Positions 34,972 to 37,551 of a stretch of DNA of 37,551 nucleotides are shown here, one piece after another. The stretch is from contig JAPLGX010000171.1 of NCBI GenBank assembly GCA_026389925.1, positions 1 through 37,551 of the forward strand, in the 5' to 3' direction. The first letter of the stretch is position 1. The number at the start of each line of letters is the position of its first letter. The translations under genes were made by a program, and so were the position numbers. The notes under the pieces were generated by a model. The model was given only the letters and a program-made list of their open reading frames with translations, made no database searches and was not told the origin of the DNA. Origin of the DNA: Chloroflexota bacterium. GTDB taxonomy: Bacteria > Chloroflexota > Anaerolineae > Anaerolineales > RBG-16-64-43.

Positions 34972-36443
34972 AGCACGGGTGCCTCCAGGTGCCAGCGGGT
35001 CGATTGCTGGTAGCCCCATCCGGCGCGCAGAAGAAGCGCCTCACTCAGGGGCGGGCCGTTGAGCTGCATGCCGATGGGCAGGCGCTGCGAGTCGAACCCG
35101 CACGGCAGGGCCAGGCCGGGGATGCCGGCCAGGTTAGCCGGCAAGGTGAAGATGTCTTCGAGATACATGGCCAGCGGGTCGCTGGTGTTCTCGCCGATGC
35201 GGAAGGCCGTGGTGGGCGCCACCGGGCAGGCGATGAGATCCACCTGGCTGAAGGCGCGGTCGAAATCCTCCCGGATGAGCGTGCGCACCCTTTGCGCCTG
35301 GCCGTAGTACGCCTCGTAGTATCCGGCGGAAAGTGCGTACGTGCCGAGCATAATGCGCCGCTTGACTTCCGCGCCGAAGCGTTCACCACGAGTGACCGCA
35401 TAAGTCTGCCACAGGTCGGGCGCCGCCTGGCGCGGACCGAAGCGCATCCCATCGTAGCGCGCCAGGTTGGCCGAGGCCTCCGCCGGCGCGATCAGGTAGT
35501 ACACCGGCAGCGCGTACTCGGTGTGCGGCAGCGAGACCTCCCGCACCTCTGCCCCCAGCGCGGCCAGTACCTGCACCGCCTGGCGCACCGCCTGCTCCAC
35601 CTCAGGCTGGATGCCGGCGATAAAGTATTCGCGCGGCACCCCGACCCGCACACCGTGCAGATCCGGATCGCCTGTCAGTGACTGCAGATAGTCGGGCACG
35701 GGCTGGTCGAGAGTCGTCGAATCGAGCGGGTCGTGGCCGGCCATGATGCCCAGCACCAGCGCGGTATCCTCGACCGTGCGCGCCAGAACGCCCAGGCAGT
35801 CGAGCGAGGAGCCGTAGGCCACCAGCCCGTAACGCGAGACGCGCCCATAAGAGGGTTTGATCCCGGTCACGCCGCAGAACGAGGCCGGTTGGCGAACGCT
35901 CCCGCCGGTGTCGGTGCCCAGCGCGGCGGGCACCATGCGCGCCGCCACGGCCGCGGCGCTGCCGCCGCTCGAGCCGCCCGGCACGCGTGTGGCATCCCAC
36001 GGGTTGTAGGTCGGGCCATAGGCCGAGTTCTCGGTGGAGGAGCCCATCGCGAATTCATCGGTGTTGGTCTTGCCCACCACAATCGCCCCAGCCGCGCGCA
36101 GGCGCGCCACGCCGGTGGCATCGTAGGGAGGGGTAAAGCCCTCCAGGATCTTCGAGCCGCAGGTGCAGGGCAGCCCCGCCACGCACACCACGTCTTTGAC
36201 CGCCAGCGGCACGCCCAGGAGCGCCCCCCCAGCCTGCGCCTCGCGGCGGGCCGCTACCAAGCGGCGGTCGGCGTGGCGCGCCTCGTCCAGCGCAGCCTGC
36301 GGCCGCAGAGCAAGGAAGGCATGCTGCTTTTCATCTAATCGGTGGATGCGCTGCAAGCAGGCGCGTGTGAGTTCCAGGCTGCTGATCTCGCCGTCTCGCA
36401 GCATGCGGGCAGCCTGGGCCAGCGAAAGCGCGGTGAGGTCCAT
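34968..36443 (-). CDS. gatA: Asp-tRNA(Asn)/Glu-tRNA(Gln) amidotransferase subunit A
   Basis: [59 protein letters not shown]. Confidence 0.97.
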   Translation of the reverse strand: MDLTALSLAQAARMLRDGEISSLELTRACLQRIHRLDEKQHAFLALRPQAALDEARHADRRLVAARREAQAGGALLGVPLAVKDVVCVAGLPCTCGSKILEGFTPPYDATGVARLRAAGAIVVGKTNTDEFAMGSSTENSAYGPTYNPWDATRVPGGSSGGSAAAVAARMVPAALGTDTGGSVRQPASFCGVTGIKPSYGRVSRYGLVAYGSSLDCLGVLARTVEDTALVLGIMAGHDPLDSTTLDQPVPDYLQSLTGDPDLHGVRVGVPREYFIAGIQPEVEQAVRQAVQVLAALGAEVREVSLPHTEYALPVYYLIAPAEASANLARYDGMRFGPRQAAPDLWQTYAVTRGERFGAEVKRRIMLGTYALSAGYYEAYYGQAQRVRTLIREDFDRAFSQVDLIACPVAPTTAFRIGENTSDPLAMYLEDIFTLPANLAGIPGLALPCGFDSQRLPIGMQLNGPPLSEALLLRAGWGYQQSTRWHLEAPVL

Positions 36444-36456
36444 GGGGCGGGCCGGC

Positions 36457-36744
36457 TTAATCGAAGACCGGCGGCACACGGAACATGCCGCGCGCGCAGT
36501 CGGGGGCTTGGCGCAAGACCTCCTCGTGCGCGAGCGAGGGGCGCGGCTCGTCGGCGCGCGTCACCGAATGCGGCGCAAGCACCGAGGTGGTCGGAGGAAT
36601 CGAGGAGGTATCGACACCCTGCAGCCGCGCCACGTACTCGAGAACCGCTTCCAGTTGCTCGCGATACCGCGCGGCCTCGTCGGCTGTCAGGTTGAGATGT
36701 GCAAGATGGGCGATGTGCTCAACTTCTTCGCGTGTGAGCGCCAC
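36457..36744 (-). CDS. gatC: Asp-tRNA(Asn)/Glu-tRNA(Gln) amidotransferase subunit C (95 aa)
   Basis: LTREEVEHIAHLAHL, RADEP, FRVPPV; GTG start at 36744; immediately upstream of gatA. Confidence 0.95.
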   Translation of the reverse strand: MALTREEVEHIAHLAHLNLTADEAARYREQLEAVLEYVARLQGVDTSSIPPTTSVLAPHSVTRADEPRPSLAHEEVLRQAPDCARGMFRVPPVFD

Positions 36745-36750
36745 GCGCCA

Positions 36751-36756
36751 ATTATA
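36751..36756 (-). promoter_or_regulatory. -10 box TATAAT for gatC, leaderless geometry
   Basis: Minus strand reads TATAAT-tggcgc-GTG (36744). Confidence 0.7.
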
Positions 36757-37198
36757 CCTCACGCACTTTCATCACTCGCGTGAGATGCCCCCAGCTCGAC
36801 GAGCCTCCTCGTTCGCGCGCGCGACAGGTCGTGCGATTCTGTCGAGCCCGGTGCGCGTGCCTCCTCTATTTCTTTGCCTCTCGATCGCCCACGCCGTGGC
36901 CAATTCGTCATCTTCGCGACTTCTCTGCCCGCGAAATGGCGTGCGGCGCATTCCGTTGCGCATCCAGGCCGCATCAATGCGACACGGGTAATTTAAGACT
37001 CTCTTCAACGCCGGCTGAACAACAGGCCCAGGCGCCCAGATGTTGGAGAGCGTACAGATGTTTCTCTGCGGGTGGGGTATCGCGAGCCAGGATCCACGAG
37101 GCGTGCGGCGCGCTCGGGCTCCATGTGTTGAGCGTGCTCGTTAACCTCCATCCACCTTAAAGGTTCGATTCTTTTTACGTTTGCGTCATGCTGCGATA

Positions 37199-37228
37199 TT
37201 GCCCTAGGGTCGTCGTGTTTGCTAGAAT
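37199..37228 (+). promoter_or_regulatory. Putative dnaA promoter
   Basis: TTGCCC (37199-37204), 18 nt, extended -10 TGcTAGAAT (37220-37228); AT-rich stretch upstream. Confidence 0.6.
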
Positions 37229-37393
37229 GATGTGTGCACGCCGAAGGTGCCCCACACCGCTCGGCGCGCGTCTCCACAACGGAGCGAATGCATTCTGCAG
37301 CTCCGGAAACCATACGGGAGAAACACAACGCAGACCAGCATACGCTTCCCGCGCGGGAAGCGAAACGGCGCATCGCTGTAGATCGAGGCCCGC

Positions 37394-37551
37394 ATGAACG
37401 GCGAACAGGCATGGCAGGCGGCAGTCGGGCAGTTGCAGATGGAATTGAGCAAGGCGACGTTCGATACCTGGGTGCGCGACGCGCACTTTGCCTCGTACGC
37501 GGATGGCACTTTCACCATCTCGGTGCTCAACGGATATGCCCGCGATTGGCT
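37394..37551 (+). CDS. dnaA: Chromosomal replication initiator DnaA, N-terminal fragment truncated by window end (missing from ORF track)
   Basis: Hand translation MNGEQAWQAAVGQLQMELSKATFDTWVRDAHFASYADGTFTISVLNGYARDW matches the DnaA domain I pattern (W...L......FDTW...V.N.YARDW). Only domain I is visible. Confidence 0.82.
   Translation, partial: MNGEQAWQAAVGQLQMELSKATFDTWVRDAHFASYADGTFTISVLNGYARDW

Noticed and set aside
37269-37279. 11-mer CGTCTCCACAA shared between the terminal palindrome (14-24) and the dnaA leader
   Set aside because: An 11-base match within 37 kb is compatible with chance.
36759-37530. Short ORFs in the gatC-dnaA intergenic region
   Set aside because: No recognisable motifs or RBS; several overlap promoters or dnaA in antisense.
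1-37551. CRISPR arrays, tRNA/rRNA genes, transposases, prophage or defence genes
   Set aside because: No repeat-spacer periodicity, cloverleaf or matching protein motifs seen by eye; most intergenic gaps are too short.

Overview
High-GC bacterial chromosomal segment, most consistent with Chloroflexota (Anaerolineae-like, judged from the DnaA N-terminus, the MDYGMIGKI SWIM protein and the ccm gene set). It ends inside the 5' end of dnaA. Left to right: a perfect 80-bp palindrome at bases 1-80; a GNAT acetyltransferase; a short inverted-repeat element; a DUF4153-type membrane protein divergent from an atypical NarL-like response regulator/multi-TM kinase pair; a probably leaderless operon (membrane protein, selA, M24 peptidase, tsaD); a near-consensus promoter driving a 12-codon leader ORF and terminator ahead of a SWIM zinc-finger gene; a cytochrome c maturation cluster on the minus strand (ccmE with CxxxY, ccmF, ccmH, ccmG, ccmA, ccmB, ccmC, an unannotated ccmD-like gene, and three modular accessory proteins); a PRTase/sulfite-oxidase-like/pcm/AlkP run; then a long minus-strand run transcribed away from dnaA (gatC, gatA, nucleotidyltransferase, small protein, aminotransferase, S1 protease-lectin lipoprotein, gatB, gdhA, PPDK_N-like protein, dnaN). 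No rRNA, tRNA, CRISPR array or transposase was seen. The best candidates for undescribed biology are the hybrid Ccm system with its accessory module, the gdhA-linked PPDK_N-like protein, the leader-peptide attenuator on the SWIM gene and the terminal palindrome. All calls come from motif recognition by eye; no database searches were run.
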